DNA of 64,000 nt from Candidatus Atabeyarchaeum deiterrae (GCA_037310415.1 CP147780.1:1440001-1504000); one strand, 5' to 3'. Counted from the stretch's first letter, positions 1 to 10,585 are shown. Made by a program: numbers and translations. Notes: a model not told the origin generated them from the letters alone.

Positions 1-2
1 TG

Positions 3-923
3 AACATTGCTAGTTACTACACCGGACTCGCACTTAGAGGACAGCCACAGCACTATGTGGCTTTACTTTTGACGGAAGACGAAGATGCAACGATCTTCGA
101 GGAACCACTCACCGAAACTTCAGCTGAACTAATGCAGAAAGTTGGTTCCGATAACTTTCCCGTGTTTCTGGAGGAATCATATAAAGGACTCATCGATTAC
201 CTCACGTTGACTGATGAACAGAGAATAGCTCTGCTCATGAAGGATGTCCGTCGTCGCATGTTGCTTGAGAAACTAGTTGGAGGTCCGCTTAGTAAGATTG
301 AAGCAAAGGAACTCTTGGAGCAGGAGCTCAAAAGTGAAATAGTTAACTTGGATCTGTTGGTTGAGACCTTCGTTAAGTTGGGAATAATCAGGAAAGCGAT
401 AGTTGAAGGTATACCGAGCGAAGGTTTATTCCTTCTGAGAGACGTGTTTCCCGTAAGGTTACCTCCAGACAGCGCCGTATTGAAATCCTTGAGAGAGCGA
501 TTGTCTGAAGACCTTGCAAAGAAATACGAAGATCAAGTGGCAAAGTTCTTTTTAGGTTACAAGGTACTCGAAGAGAGTCCAGACGCAGTCATTAATGCTC
601 TGACAAATCCTTCACATTACAAGATAATCCAAGCGCTGAGATCAAGCGTATACACGACAAGCGAGTTGGCTCAGCGGATAGGACTTAGTGAGCCCACGGT
701 GAAGGAGAACGTGAAAACGCTTCAGAAACAGGACATATTGTCCGAGATCTCTGATAGATCAGGAAACAGATACATAGTCATGAAAGCAAGCCCGACATAC
801 CTATCCTTCTACCCAGAGTATATGATAAACACAATGAGATCAAAATGGGCATCAGGAATGCTTGAGGACTCCATTGCGAAAAAGCACCTAGAGCTTCTTA
901 AGGAAGCTTACTACGCCCTATGA
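3..923 (+). CDS. Hypothetical protein with C-terminal winged-helix (ArsR-like) domain; 5'-partial
   Basis: Frame is open from position 3 (NIASYYTGLALRGQPQHYVALLL...). C-terminal 'YTTSELAQRIGLSEPTVKENVKTLQKQDIL' is a wHTH pattern. Confidence 0.7.
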   Translation, partial: NIASYYTGLALRGQPQHYVALLLTEDEDATIFEEPLTETSAELMQKVGSDNFPVFLEESYKGLIDYLTLTDEQRIALLMKDVRRRMLLEKLVGGPLSKIEAKELLEQELKSEIVNLDLLVETFVKLGIIRKAIVEGIPSEGLFLLRDVFPVRLPPDSAVLKSLRERLSEDLAKKYEDQVAKFFLGYKVLEESPDAVINALTNPSHYKIIQALRSSVYTTSELAQRIGLSEPTVKENVKTLQKQDILSEISDRSGNRYIVMKASPTYLSFYPEYMINTMRSKWASGMLEDSIAKKHLELLKEAYYAL

Positions 924-1008
924 TATTTATGGAAGAAGAATAACGGTAGGTTTAGCACTGTCCAACATTACTCTCATTTACTTAGTTAATAGGGGTTGAG
1001 CTTTCCCG

Positions 1009-4000
1009 ATGGGGGAAGTAGCGATGTCTAAAGCGAAGAAGATGCTGGCCTCGTTCCTACTAGTTTCTCTGGTCGCCGTTTCATTTTACCAAATATTCTA
1101 TCCGTTCGGCTTAGCCTCTACACTTCAAGGCGCAGCTTCTGGTAACTCTGGTCTTGGTAGTCAACAGTATGTTGGCTACGACCCATACGCTTCGCCGCGG
1201 CCAGTGAATGAAACCGCAATCGGTTACGACATGGGCGGTGGCTCCGGAAGGACGGTGTCCCTGCCAAGTCCGGGAACAAGTGACCTCCAAGTTACTATGA
1301 AGAACGGGTGGTCTGGGAACAGAGTCACCACGTCGATTGCCAACCTCTGGGATCAAAAGAATTGGCTCCCGGGCGGAACATTCGACACAGGAAGTAACAC
1401 ACCTCATGGAACTAATCGCTCCACGTCGTGGTTTACTGTCAGATGGTACGACACTCACAAAGCAAGCGGCTCCAACGCTACGGTCGACCAAGCTAGTTGG
1501 GATAGCTCTGGCAAGTATGTGAAGGCCTCTATGCCATGGAGGTATCTCTATCTCCAAAGCGGAATGCAATCCCGATACTACTATACTGGAGAATATTCAG
1601 CGTGGAATGAGACTTTCATTGTTCCAAGGGGAACAGTCCTCGCAGCAAATCTGTCTCTGGCCTATCATCCTAATTTTGATACGGTGTTGTTCTCGCTTGA
1701 TAGTTTTGCCGTCTTTGTCGAAATAAATGGGCATCGCGTTCTTCAATATGGTCAAGGGTATTTGTATTCCACCGGGCAAGCTAACAAGTGGAATGTTCGC
1801 AACAACCTTAATGTGTTGACAGACTTGGCTCTCAATCCAGTCTTCGATAACCCCACACGACAGAACATTTCAATCTCAGTGGGTGTTATTTACGTCTCAA
1901 GTACTGACTATTTTGCAGGTGGACCTTTTAACACTGAAAATGGTTGTTGGTTTGACAATGTGACTTTGGTTTTGAAGGCTTTAGCTAAGCCTGAGCAACT
2001 CAAGTTGAAACTCGCGGCACCTGGTCTTCCGAACACGAACTGCAGTATCACTTCTCCTTCTCCATCAACATATGGTCAAGGTAGTGGTACCCTGACTGGC
2101 TTCACAATCGGCCCTGCACCAGACTATCAGGACACATACAACTTTGACATCACGTCGAACGTAACATCCCCAGCCACTGGACAATTCACTGCAAACATGA
2201 CTCTATATGCTAGTCGCGCAAAGACCGCTCAAACCGCGTTTGAAAATATAGGAAGCAACGTTGAGTGGAGCGTATCGCTTGCAACGGGTTTCGCGATGTA
2301 CAGCGAACCTGTAAGCAACACAATCTACAGTGGGTACTATTTCAACATCTCAGTTCCACTAGACTGGAACTTCACAACCTGCCTAGACCCCAACTTGCAC
2401 AGCCACAATATTAAGACGGAAGCGAACAACTTCACCATTTCCACGTTCAGCTCTAATTTAATCCTCCGAGTTAATGTCACGAGGATTGGTTCATACTCAA
2501 TTGATGTAAACCATCCGTATGTGATTCATGCTTTGACGAAGAACTATGTTGAAAGTATAGCGGTGTTGAGGAAAAGTGGCGGATCATGGGTTAGTGTGAC
2601 AGACTTCTACCCAACTCAGACTGCTAGGTTCTCAGCTTACATCAGCAATGGGCTGGTTCCAGTCACAACTGGTCTTGCAAATCTGACTTTGCGTGGACCA
2701 GCAACATACGGGGCTTCACCTACGGTGGTATACACGAATACAAGCAAGGCACCAGACATCCATGGTTACGTCAACTTCACCTTCACGTTAACTGGCAGCT
2801 TTGCTGCTGGCAACTACAGTGCCCAAGTTGACTGGGTTGATAACACTCTCGGAGAAGCAGGCTTACTCATGAGCTACTTTAACATAACCCACACGTTCAG
2901 GCTATCATTGGCAGTTCCGGCGACGGGAGACGTTCTTTTTAGACCGAGTGTTATGACGAATCCACCTACTACTGTCAGCTTGGTTGACAACTATACTGGA
3001 GAGTTCGTGACTGCCAACGTGTATGGTAGGGCGAAGTGGGAGACCGCAGGAAGATGGGATCAATTCACTACATACTCGGTGCAAAATGCTACTTACACAA
3101 ATCAAACTAACCTACCAGCTTCTTTGGGTCTTGGCTCAGGGAATTGGCTTGCGGTGAATGCAAGCAAGGAATTCTATGACGATGCGTTTGTGAACAACAC
3201 TTTCTACATTGGCACGCATACCTCCGTGTTCCCAGGTTCAAGTCCGGTCACAATCTACTACACGGAGTCTCAGGCGTTTAGAGTGAACTTACCTAGCATA
3301 TTCTACCAAGACGAAAACTCAAGTGCCATCTTAGGTGCGACATTTGAAGTTGTTGCTGCGGGTTCATCAAACAACAGTCTCGTCAACTGGGGTGTGAGGT
3401 TTTCTGCTGACTACACTAACAATGGGACAGGGTTCTACTCGGGGTCGATAGGTGTTGGAACATTCTCTCTATATGCTAAGGCGATACCTCCTAGTGAGAC
3501 ATATTACGTGTTGTTCAAGTTAAGCAAAGGCTCAAATTATGAGACATCATTCTATACGCTTAGGCTCACGATTTGGACACCTTCATCCTATCTTGATCTA
3601 TGGAGTGGTAACAATCAATACGTTTTCTGGGGAGCGACGGCGCAGATCAAATTGAACTACACGACTCGTTGGTCAAATCCGCCTTACTCTTTGGGGCCAA
3701 CAGCTATTCGCAATTCGACTTCTGCTCCTTCATTTGCGCCACCTTTTGTTTCGGTTGCCTGTGATTGGGGTGGCAGTTGGACGGTCACCCATGACGCGTT
3801 CGACGACCCGCAGGTCTACACTCTTAGCGTCAACACGACTTGGTGGTCTAATCCTACACCGAGTGGCGATAGTGCGGGCACGGCGACGATCCACATCTAC
3901 TTCGTTAGGACCTATTACCAGAACTCCAGCACAGTGCCGATTACAGTGCACATCAAGAGTCTTTCAACGCTGATTGCTGGTGTAGGCTTAGGTTCTGGGA

Positions 4001-5136
4001 ACAGTACGAGTACGTATTCGCGCGATGCTAAGACGGTATATGTGTGGTATAATGATACTCACACGGGAGCATCTGTAGGTGTTGGTGGCGCTACTCTTGC
4101 GTATACTTTCAAATCGTCATTAGGTACGTTTCTCGCATCAGGGTCTCTTATTGCTCATCCGAGCATACAGGGGCAATACAACTTGACTTTGTCCTCTGGT
4201 CTTACGGATCAGCTTCCTGGGACCTACTATCTCTATGTGGGCGGGTGGAAAGACCCATACTATGTGCACCACAACGTGACCATAACGCTTGTAATAAATG
4301 CTATACCGACTGCGCTGTATGGTTTCACGGTTGTTCGTGGTGTCACTCAAACTGGGTCTCAAGTAACGTTGACGCAAGGGGACACATTCACAGTCTACGT
4401 ATGGTATAACGATACTCACAATGGTGGTGTTGTGCTTGGTTCGAGCACAATCATGTATTATTCTTCGCAATTCGGATTCGGGTACGCGACGCAAGTTGTT
4501 CCTGGTGAATACAGTGTGTCATTTACGGCTAGTGCTGCAGGGGATTGGCTAATTACATTCAATGCAACTGCCAGCAAATATGCTCTCTCAACATTGCCAA
4601 TCAGAATCATCGTTAATGCTCCACCGTCCTTCAGCTTGGCAGCGGTGTTGCTGGTGGGCTTTGGTGGAGGCGGTATTGTTGTTCTTGGTGTGGTTGGTTG
4701 GCTTCTTGTGAGGCGTAGGCGAATACCTTTTGTGATAAAGAAGATTGATGAGACTTTGAGGATCATCACTAAGGGTGAACATGGGAAGGCGTCTGCTGTT
4801 CCGCTGAGGTCTAGGGAAGAGGCAGTTGTTGGCATCACTCAGGATAGGATTGATGCCTTTGCAAAGAGAAAGCCTCTGCCAGGCGCTCCAGAAGGAAAAG
4901 CTAAGGAGGAGGCTCCTAAGGGTCCGGAGGTGGAGGCTGCTTTGAAGACTGAGCTGGCGCAGGTCGAGGGGAAAGAGGAGCCTGAGGAAGGTATTGAAGA
5001 GGTTGAGATGGATACCTTGGATCAGGAGCTTGGGCGCATCGAGGGTGTTGAGGATAAGGAGAACCTTCCTGATGGAGCGAAAGAAGTGCGCGATGTCATT
5101 GAGAAGTATAAGGAAGGTAAGAAGAAGAAAAAGTAA
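1009..5136 (+). CDS. Large secreted, C-terminally membrane-anchored surface (S-layer/adhesin-like) glycoprotein
   Basis: N-terminal signal/TM; Ser/Thr/Asn/Tyr-rich beta-repeat body with many NxS/T sequons; repeated VYVWYNDTH; C-terminal TM followed by RRRR and an acidic tail. Confidence 0.8.
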   Translation: MGEVAMSKAKKMLASFLLVSLVAVSFYQIFYPFGLASTLQGAASGNSGLGSQQYVGYDPYASPRPVNETAIGYDMGGGSGRTVSLPSPGTSDLQVTMKNGWSGNRVTTSIANLWDQKNWLPGGTFDTGSNTPHGTNRSTSWFTVRWYDTHKASGSNATVDQASWDSSGKYVKASMPWRYLYLQSGMQSRYYYTGEYSAWNETFIVPRGTVLAANLSLAYHPNFDTVLFSLDSFAVFVEINGHRVLQYGQGYLYSTGQANKWNVRNNLNVLTDLALNPVFDNPTRQNISISVGVIYVSSTDYFAGGPFNTENGCWFDNVTLVLKALAKPEQLKLKLAAPGLPNTNCSITSPSPSTYGQGSGTLTGFTIGPAPDYQDTYNFDITSNVTSPATGQFTANMTLYASRAKTAQTAFENIGSNVEWSVSLATGFAMYSEPVSNTIYSGYYFNISVPLDWNFTTCLDPNLHSHNIKTEANNFTISTFSSNLILRVNVTRIGSYSIDVNHPYVIHALTKNYVESIAVLRKSGGSWVSVTDFYPTQTARFSAYISNGLVPVTTGLANLTLRGPATYGASPTVVYTNTSKAPDIHGYVNFTFTLTGSFAAGNYSAQVDWVDNTLGEAGLLMSYFNITHTFRLSLAVPATGDVLFRPSVMTNPPTTVSLVDNYTGEFVTANVYGRAKWETAGRWDQFTTYSVQNATYTNQTNLPASLGLGSGNWLAVNASKEFYDDAFVNNTFYIGTHTSVFPGSSPVTIYYTESQAFRVNLPSIFYQDENSSAILGATFEVVAAGSSNNSLVNWGVRFSADYTNNGTGFYSGSIGVGTFSLYAKAIPPSETYYVLFKLSKGSNYETSFYTLRLTIWTPSSYLDLWSGNNQYVFWGATAQIKLNYTTRWSNPPYSLGPTAIRNSTSAPSFAPPFVSVACDWGGSWTVTHDAFDDPQVYTLSVNTTWWSNPTPSGDSAGTATIHIYFVRTYYQNSSTVPITVHIKSLSTLIAGVGLGSGNSTSTYSRDAKTVYVWYNDTHTGASVGVGGATLAYTFKSSLGTFLASGSLIAHPSIQGQYNLTLSSGLTDQLPGTYYLYVGGWKDPYYVHHNVTITLVINAIPTALYGFTVVRGVTQTGSQVTLTQGDTFTVYVWYNDTHNGGVVLGSSTIMYYSSQFGFGYATQVVPGEYSVSFTASAAGDWLITFNATASKYALSTLPIRIIVNAPPSFSLAAVLLVGFGGGGIVVLGVVGWLLVRRRRIPFVIKKIDETLRIITKGEHGKASAVPLRSREEAVVGITQDRIDAFAKRKPLPGAPEGKAKEEAPKGPEVEAALKTELAQVEGKEEPEEGIEEVEMDTLDQELGRIEGVEDKENLPDGAKEVRDVIEKYKEGKKKKK

Positions 5137-5166
5137 GACATGTTAGCTAGCCAAGACCTTCCCTCT

Positions 5167-6966
5167 TCATTTTTCTGATTCTGGTTCGTTTTTCACATTC
5201 TGGTCTTGCGTGGGTTCAGGTACTCCATTTGAGTTCCATCCCCTCAGCTGATAGTATTCTTTGACCATCTGTTCAAACCGATGTTCGTCGACAGTTTTTC
5301 CTTTGCTTGCACCCTCAGGGAGCGGTTGGTTGAAGAATCTCTTTGGGAGAGTGTCGTCTGCGGTCGTGATTCCTTCTCTAACGTTGAACAGCCTCGTTAG
5401 AGTTATGATATTGTTCCCTATTTCCTTGAGCCTCTCCTCAGCTAAGCTCTCTCCAGTCAATGCTTTCAACAGGCTCGGCATCCTATCCCAAGGTACTATG
5501 TCTCGTATGAATCTGCAGATGATCAGGCTGTCGAATATCGCATAGCGGTTTTCAAGATCGACTACGTACTGCGCTTTTCCATCATATGCGAATCGATCGA
5601 TTACACCTCGTAACTCTGGAACCTGTACGGTTGAACGTAAGTGACATGCACCCCGCGATGAAACAGCATAACCCAATCCCATCCCGATAACTCCGCGTGG
5701 ATCATATCCAGGCAATTCAAGTCCTTTAACAGTAATGTCCACTTCAGGTAACCGAAGCTTCCTAGATGCTCGCTTGACCCCTTCGGCTAGAATGTCTCCT
5801 GCTCCTTCCCGTTTCGTGATCATCTTAAGCAGCTTGATTACTTTCTCCGCATCTCCGTACTCCATGTTCAGCCCAGTCTTCAGCTTTCCAGTTCTCTCAG
5901 CTTCGATAGCCATAGCCGCAACATTCCCACTTGTAATCGTGTCTATTCCAGCCCTATCACAATAGTCGTTGATCGCCATTATCGACTCAATCTCGCCGAT
6001 ATCGCACAGTCCTCCGAATGCATAAACCGTTTCGTATTCAGGCCCTTCGACTTTAATCCCCTTGTACTTTCCTTCCTTTGCTTCGCAGAGTTTTCCACAT
6101 GCTATCGGGCAGTTCCAGCAAGCTCTGGAACCAATTAGGACTTTGTCCTTCATAGCTGTGCTGTTTATATTCTCTATGTGAGTTGTTGTTCCCTCACTCC
6201 AATATCTGACTGGTAAGACTCCTGCTTCATTTACCAAGTCAAGGACTGCGAGTGTACCATACTCCTTGTAAGTCACGCCGGTCGACCTGTTTTCCCTTAT
6301 GAGTTTGAGACTCTCATTCACAACTTCTTTGAAGAGCCCTTCGTCATGAACCTCGGGTTCCTTGTCTCCTTGGAAAGCTACTGCCTTCAAGTTCTTTGAT
6401 CCCATTACGGCTCCTGCGCCAGTTCTACCGGCGCTTCTCCAGTAATCATTCTCTATTACTGCGAAGCGAACATGGTTCTCCCCTGCAGGGCCTATGCATA
6501 AAATGCCAAGATTCTTCTGCCCCTCATCCTTCCTGATGATGTCATGTGTAGCGAACGTGTCCTGTCTCCACAAGTGATCCGCATTTCTAAATTCCACGTG
6601 ACCCTCGGTAATGACGAGGTAAGTTGGGTTACTCGCTTTTCCTTGAATTATGAAGATTTCGTGACCTGTGCCTCTCATTCTGTGCGCTACATGCCCACCC
6701 GAGTAGCTTTCGCCGAAGATATTGGTGAGCGGAGACTTGAAGAAGACCCCGTAACGATTTGCGGTAGGGAACCTTGTGCCTGTTGCGGGGCCGACTGCAA
6801 ATACCAGTTTATTCATTGGTGAGAGTGGCTCGACTTCTGAATTGACCTCGTTGAGGAGAAACCGCGCTCCCAGGCCTTTGCCACCGATCAGAGTCTTTTC
6901 CCAATCTTCTTTTATGACTTCACTTGCGAACTCTTTCGTACCAAGATCAAGCCTCAATGCTTTCAA
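5167..6966 (-). CDS. aor: Aldehyde:ferredoxin oxidoreductase (W/Mo AOR family)
   Basis: IGGKGLG, KSPLT, GRTGAGAVMGSKNLKA, CWNCPIAC, EGPEYET, YDPRG and RGACH motifs. Confidence 0.95.
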   Translation of the reverse strand: MKALRLDLGTKEFASEVIKEDWEKTLIGGKGLGARFLLNEVNSEVEPLSPMNKLVFAVGPATGTRFPTANRYGVFFKSPLTNIFGESYSGGHVAHRMRGTGHEIFIIQGKASNPTYLVITEGHVEFRNADHLWRQDTFATHDIIRKDEGQKNLGILCIGPAGENHVRFAVIENDYWRSAGRTGAGAVMGSKNLKAVAFQGDKEPEVHDEGLFKEVVNESLKLIRENRSTGVTYKEYGTLAVLDLVNEAGVLPVRYWSEGTTTHIENINSTAMKDKVLIGSRACWNCPIACGKLCEAKEGKYKGIKVEGPEYETVYAFGGLCDIGEIESIMAINDYCDRAGIDTITSGNVAAMAIEAERTGKLKTGLNMEYGDAEKVIKLLKMITKREGAGDILAEGVKRASRKLRLPEVDITVKGLELPGYDPRGVIGMGLGYAVSSRGACHLRSTVQVPELRGVIDRFAYDGKAQYVVDLENRYAIFDSLIICRFIRDIVPWDRMPSLLKALTGESLAEERLKEIGNNIITLTRLFNVREGITTADDTLPKRFFNQPLPEGASKGKTVDEHRFEQMVKEYYQLRGWNSNGVPEPTQDQNVKNEPESEK

Positions 6967-7001
6967 CTATGCTCACTCTCTTACCGACGTTCACAGTCCT
7001 C

Positions 7002-7015
7002 AATTGATATCAGTT
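7002..7015. promoter_or_regulatory. Near-palindromic putative operator upstream of aor
   Basis: AATTGATATCAGTT (one mismatched pair) about 35 bp upstream of the aor start, downstream of a CTTAAG TATA-like box at about 7031. Confidence 0.3.
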
Positions 7016-7253
7016 AATTCTATTGCTCCTCTTAAGTTACTGGTGCTTCAAGACTACTGTAAAATGAATGGCAGATAGGCGCAAGATTACACCGTTTTCT
7101 TGGGTGGGAGTGAAAGCCATATCACGAATTGGGTGTGTTGGAGACTATTGACTTCAAGGAGTTATATCAGTGGTTTACCACTCCAAAGCGAGGAATTCCC
7201 TAGACTCAATGAAGAGAGAGTTCCACAAACTCATTCGAACTACTTCTATCATG

Positions 7254-7296
7254 AAAAAAAGAGGTTCTTAGGGAAGAGGTCGTGTCCCTAGAACTC
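7254..7296 (-). terminator. Hairpin plus T7 terminator after thiolase
   Basis: Minus strand GAGTTCTAGGGA...TCCCTAAGAACCTC followed by TTTTTTT, directly after the stop codon. Confidence 0.6.
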
Positions 7297-7300
7297 TGTT

Positions 7301-8500
7301 TTACTTTTCTCTTTCGATTATGGTTGCAATTCCTTGGCCCATTCCTACACAGAGGGTTGCTAGACCATATTTGCCGTTTATTCTTTCCAAGTGGTTGAGC
7401 TGGGTCGTGATGAGTCTTGCACCTGAGCATCCTAGTGGGTGTCCGAGTGCTATGGCCCCGCCACAGGGGTTGTATCTCTTGTCGTTCAGTAGATTCTCAA
7501 ACTTTATGCCCCATTCCATCCCTGTTGCTATGCAGACCGATGCGAATGCCTCGTTAACTTCAAGCGCATCCATGTCCTTTATTGTCAGACCCGCGCGTTT
7601 CAGGGCTTTGGCCGAAGATGGTGCTGGCCCAGTCAAAGCTATTACGGGATCCACTCCAACTACCGCCATGGCCTTTATTGTTGCCCTGGACTTCAATCCA
7701 AGTTCGTCAGCCTTCTCGCGAGAAGCTAGTAACAGGGCACAAGCCTGGTCATTAATGCTGGACGAATTGCCTGCAGTCACCTTTCCGCTTGGTGGCTTAA
7801 ACGCTGGAGGAAGCTTGGCGAGTTTCTCGAGTGAGGTTTCTGTTGGAACTCTCCTGGGTCCCTCGTCCTTGGCTGCAGTCTTTACTGTTCCGTCTGCTTG
7901 CTTGACATCCGGAACTGGTACGATCTCGTTGTTGAAATAGCCTGCATCCTGTGCAGCTACCGCCTTCTGGTGACTCCATAGTGCGAATTTGTCCATTTGC
8001 TCTCTTGGGATCTTGTATTTCTCTCCAACTGCTTCGCCTGCTAGTCCCATGTTGGTTATGGGATATTTCTTGTATACTTTCGCTCCTGCTAGCGAATTGA
8101 CGACTCCGTCGGCCACGCCCATTGCATACTTTGACATGTTCTCGACTCCGCCGCCGACAGCGAGATCTGCGTTTCCCGTCATTATCTCTGACGCTGCGAA
8201 TTGTACTCCTGTCATTCCTGAAGCGCAGAACCTGTTTAGTGTGACTCCAGCCACACTAATGGGGTATCCTGCTTCGAGAAGGGCTATCCTAGCCAGGTTT
8301 CCGGCTTGATCTCCGAACTGCGTGTTGCAGCCGATCACAACATCTTCTATTTGGCTTGCATCTACTTTTGTTCTGTCAACGAGAGCTTTGAGGCACACTG
8401 CTAGCATGTCATCAGAACGTGCCATGCTCAGTTGCCCATTTCTCTTGCCTGTTGGGGTGCGGACGGCATCGACAATCACAACTTCGCGAAGTTCAGTCAT
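7301..8500 (-). CDS. Thiolase (acetyl-CoA C-acyltransferase)
   Basis: NRFCASG, NEAFA, GHPLG and CVGMGQG motifs. Confidence 0.97.
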   Translation of the reverse strand: MTELREVVIVDAVRTPTGKRNGQLSMARSDDMLAVCLKALVDRTKVDASQIEDVVIGCNTQFGDQAGNLARIALLEAGYPISVAGVTLNRFCASGMTGVQFAASEIMTGNADLAVGGGVENMSKYAMGVADGVVNSLAGAKVYKKYPITNMGLAGEAVGEKYKIPREQMDKFALWSHQKAVAAQDAGYFNNEIVPVPDVKQADGTVKTAAKDEGPRRVPTETSLEKLAKLPPAFKPPSGKVTAGNSSSINDQACALLLASREKADELGLKSRATIKAMAVVGVDPVIALTGPAPSSAKALKRAGLTIKDMDALEVNEAFASVCIATGMEWGIKFENLLNDKRYNPCGGAIALGHPLGCSGARLITTQLNHLERINGKYGLATLCVGMGQGIATIIEREK

Positions 8501-8555
8501 TTTCGATTCATCCTCCTACAAACTATTAACGAATTTAACGGCACAACTTGCTCTC

Positions 8556-8586
8556 TTCAACTATCATTGTTGAATTCATGTTCAAC
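8556..8586. promoter_or_regulatory. TTCAAC/GTTGAA/TTCAAC inverted half-sites upstream of thiolase (putative operator)
   Basis: GTTGAA-N6-TTCAAC at 8569-8586 plus a third half-site at about 8556. Confidence 0.3.
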
Positions 8587-9007
8587 TTGTTTCCCTATCG
8601 TCGTTTGAACAGAAACAGAATTAGGCTCTTATTTAAGCATTTACCACCGCTGGTAGTATCTCCTCTGTTGCGACTAGTCTTCAACTTGCTTAATCCAAGA
8701 AAGCCCAGCTTGGGTCGCAGATTTGCCATGCTAACAGTATTCTGCCGACATACTACACATCATCAACAAAGAGAAAGTAATGTTCTCCGAAAAGGAAAAC
8801 CTCTCAACACGGAATCGAGATGTCTCAGACTCAAAACACACAGGAATGCATAACTCTGTGGCGCCGAGTGTCGTTTAAATAACTAAGACCCGAACAAGTG
8901 CATCGTGATTGCATTCTCAGTAGGAACTCTTTCTGGGCCTCCAGCACTCGATGATCAACAAACAATTTCATTTTCTATCTGCAGCATGTCGTGAGGGCAC
9001 GATAAAC

Positions 9008-10585
9008 ATGGGAAGGAAAGTCTTACTCGTTCAGCCTCCCGTTCTGTACTCAACGTGGGGCGAATACACAAAGCCATCCTACTTGGTTCCTCTAGCTTCA
9101 TTCATAAAGCAAAACGGATTTGACGTCAGGATATTAGATTTGCAACCGAATGGGAGCGAAGCTGGAAAACTATTCAAGACTATGAAAGAGTTCATAGACG
9201 ACTGTGAAAACACGTTGAACCGTTATGACTACGACATTCTTGGCGTATCATGCTGGACAAGTCAACACTACGTTCCATCGGTTCTTCTTGGTCTGATATC
9301 AAGGGTTATGAATCCCGACGCCATCAACCTTGTTGGTGGCTATCATCCTTCAATACTGCCATCAGATTTCCTGAAGTCAACTCGAAACCTTAGGTTCAAA
9401 ATACATTCTTCTGAGAGCGACTTGATAGATATTCCTGCAAGGTTGACTGAGTTCATTACGGAAGCAGGGAGACACTCCCCTGTTCTCGATTATATTATCT
9501 GCGGGGAAGGAGAGGTTCCGCTTCTTCAGATATGCAGGGATGAAGATGTAGAGAAAGGGAAGAATCGAAAAAGGACTAGAGTTATAACTGGAGAATCAAT
9601 GGAGGATTTGAATGAGATAGACTATGACTACTCGCTCCTTCTCGACGACAGTGACGGTGGCATAGAGAGCCCAAAGACTGGACTCGGTTGCCTTTGCGAA
9701 GGGATCCCAGTCTATCTAAGCAGAGGTTGCCCATTTAACTGTTGGTTCTGCACTGAAAAGAGCAAGGGCTCCAAGTCTTGGAGAAGTCTGACACCAAGCA
9801 AAAGCGTTCAGATAATAAAGAACATAATCGACAAATTTAACCCACCATTCATACTTTTTGCAGATGCCTGTTTTGGGGCAAACAGAGAATGGAAGACGAA
9901 ATTCCTCGATCAATTAGTTCAAGAAAGGAACAATAACACGAGGTATTGGTGCGAAACAAGTGTGAATTGCACCAGCAGAGAAGATCTGAAGGGATTCTCC
10001 AAACTACCGTTCGAGATCGCCTTTGGAGTTGAATCTGGATCTCCTAAGATGCTTGATCTCATGAACAAAACGACTGACCCTGACAGCTACCTGAATCAGC
10101 ATAGGAAGCTCATTGACGCATGCATTGAATTGTCAATTCCAGCTGGCAGCTACTTCATTTGGGGTTTTCCAGGAGAGACAGAGCAGACTCTAGGAGAGAC
10201 GCTAAGATATCAGAATAGTTTGCTGAGGATTGGCGAAGATCATCCCTACATTGATGTTGCAGGTCAATTCTTCTGTCTATTCCCTGGTTCCCACGTCTAC
10301 GAGAATATGGAATACTATTCGAAGGAATTCGGAGCAGTTTTCAGAGTTCAAGATTGGTGGAAATATATAACTAGGGACTTTAGAAAAATGGCAAGTCAAG
10401 TGGACCCGAGCAGAGCGCTTAGTTTGGCGGAAGAAACAGAAATGGTGTCATATGAATTCATGATTGATTGGAATAGGTTGAACTGGAATAGGGCTCGTCG
10501 ATACCGGTGGGCGTCCGCGAAGTCATCGACACAGAAGGTTGAAACCCCAGACGTATTTGACTTCAATTCGAACACAGCTAGATAA
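9008..10585 (+). CDS. B12-binding radical SAM protein
   Basis: N-terminal cobalamin-binding domain (VLLVQPP..., LVGGYHPS), SRGCPFNCWFC, GVESGS, GFPGET. Start at ATG 9008 preferred over 8951. Confidence 0.9.
   Translation: MGRKVLLVQPPVLYSTWGEYTKPSYLVPLASFIKQNGFDVRILDLQPNGSEAGKLFKTMKEFIDDCENTLNRYDYDILGVSCWTSQHYVPSVLLGLISRVMNPDAINLVGGYHPSILPSDFLKSTRNLRFKIHSSESDLIDIPARLTEFITEAGRHSPVLDYIICGEGEVPLLQICRDEDVEKGKNRKRTRVITGESMEDLNEIDYDYSLLLDDSDGGIESPKTGLGCLCEGIPVYLSRGCPFNCWFCTEKSKGSKSWRSLTPSKSVQIIKNIIDKFNPPFILFADACFGANREWKTKFLDQLVQERNNNTRYWCETSVNCTSREDLKGFSKLPFEIAFGVESGSPKMLDLMNKTTDPDSYLNQHRKLIDACIELSIPAGSYFIWGFPGETEQTLGETLRYQNSLLRIGEDHPYIDVAGQFFCLFPGSHVYENMEYYSKEFGAVFRVQDWWKYITRDFRKMASQVDPSRALSLAEETEMVSYEFMIDWNRLNWNRARRYRWASAKSSTQKVETPDVFDFNSNTAR

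Noticed and set aside
8640-8950. Short ORFs upstream of the radical SAM gene as RiPP precursor (e.g. MFSEKENLSTRNRDV...)
   Set aside because: No SD, no recognisable leader or core pattern, and no transporter or protease nearby.
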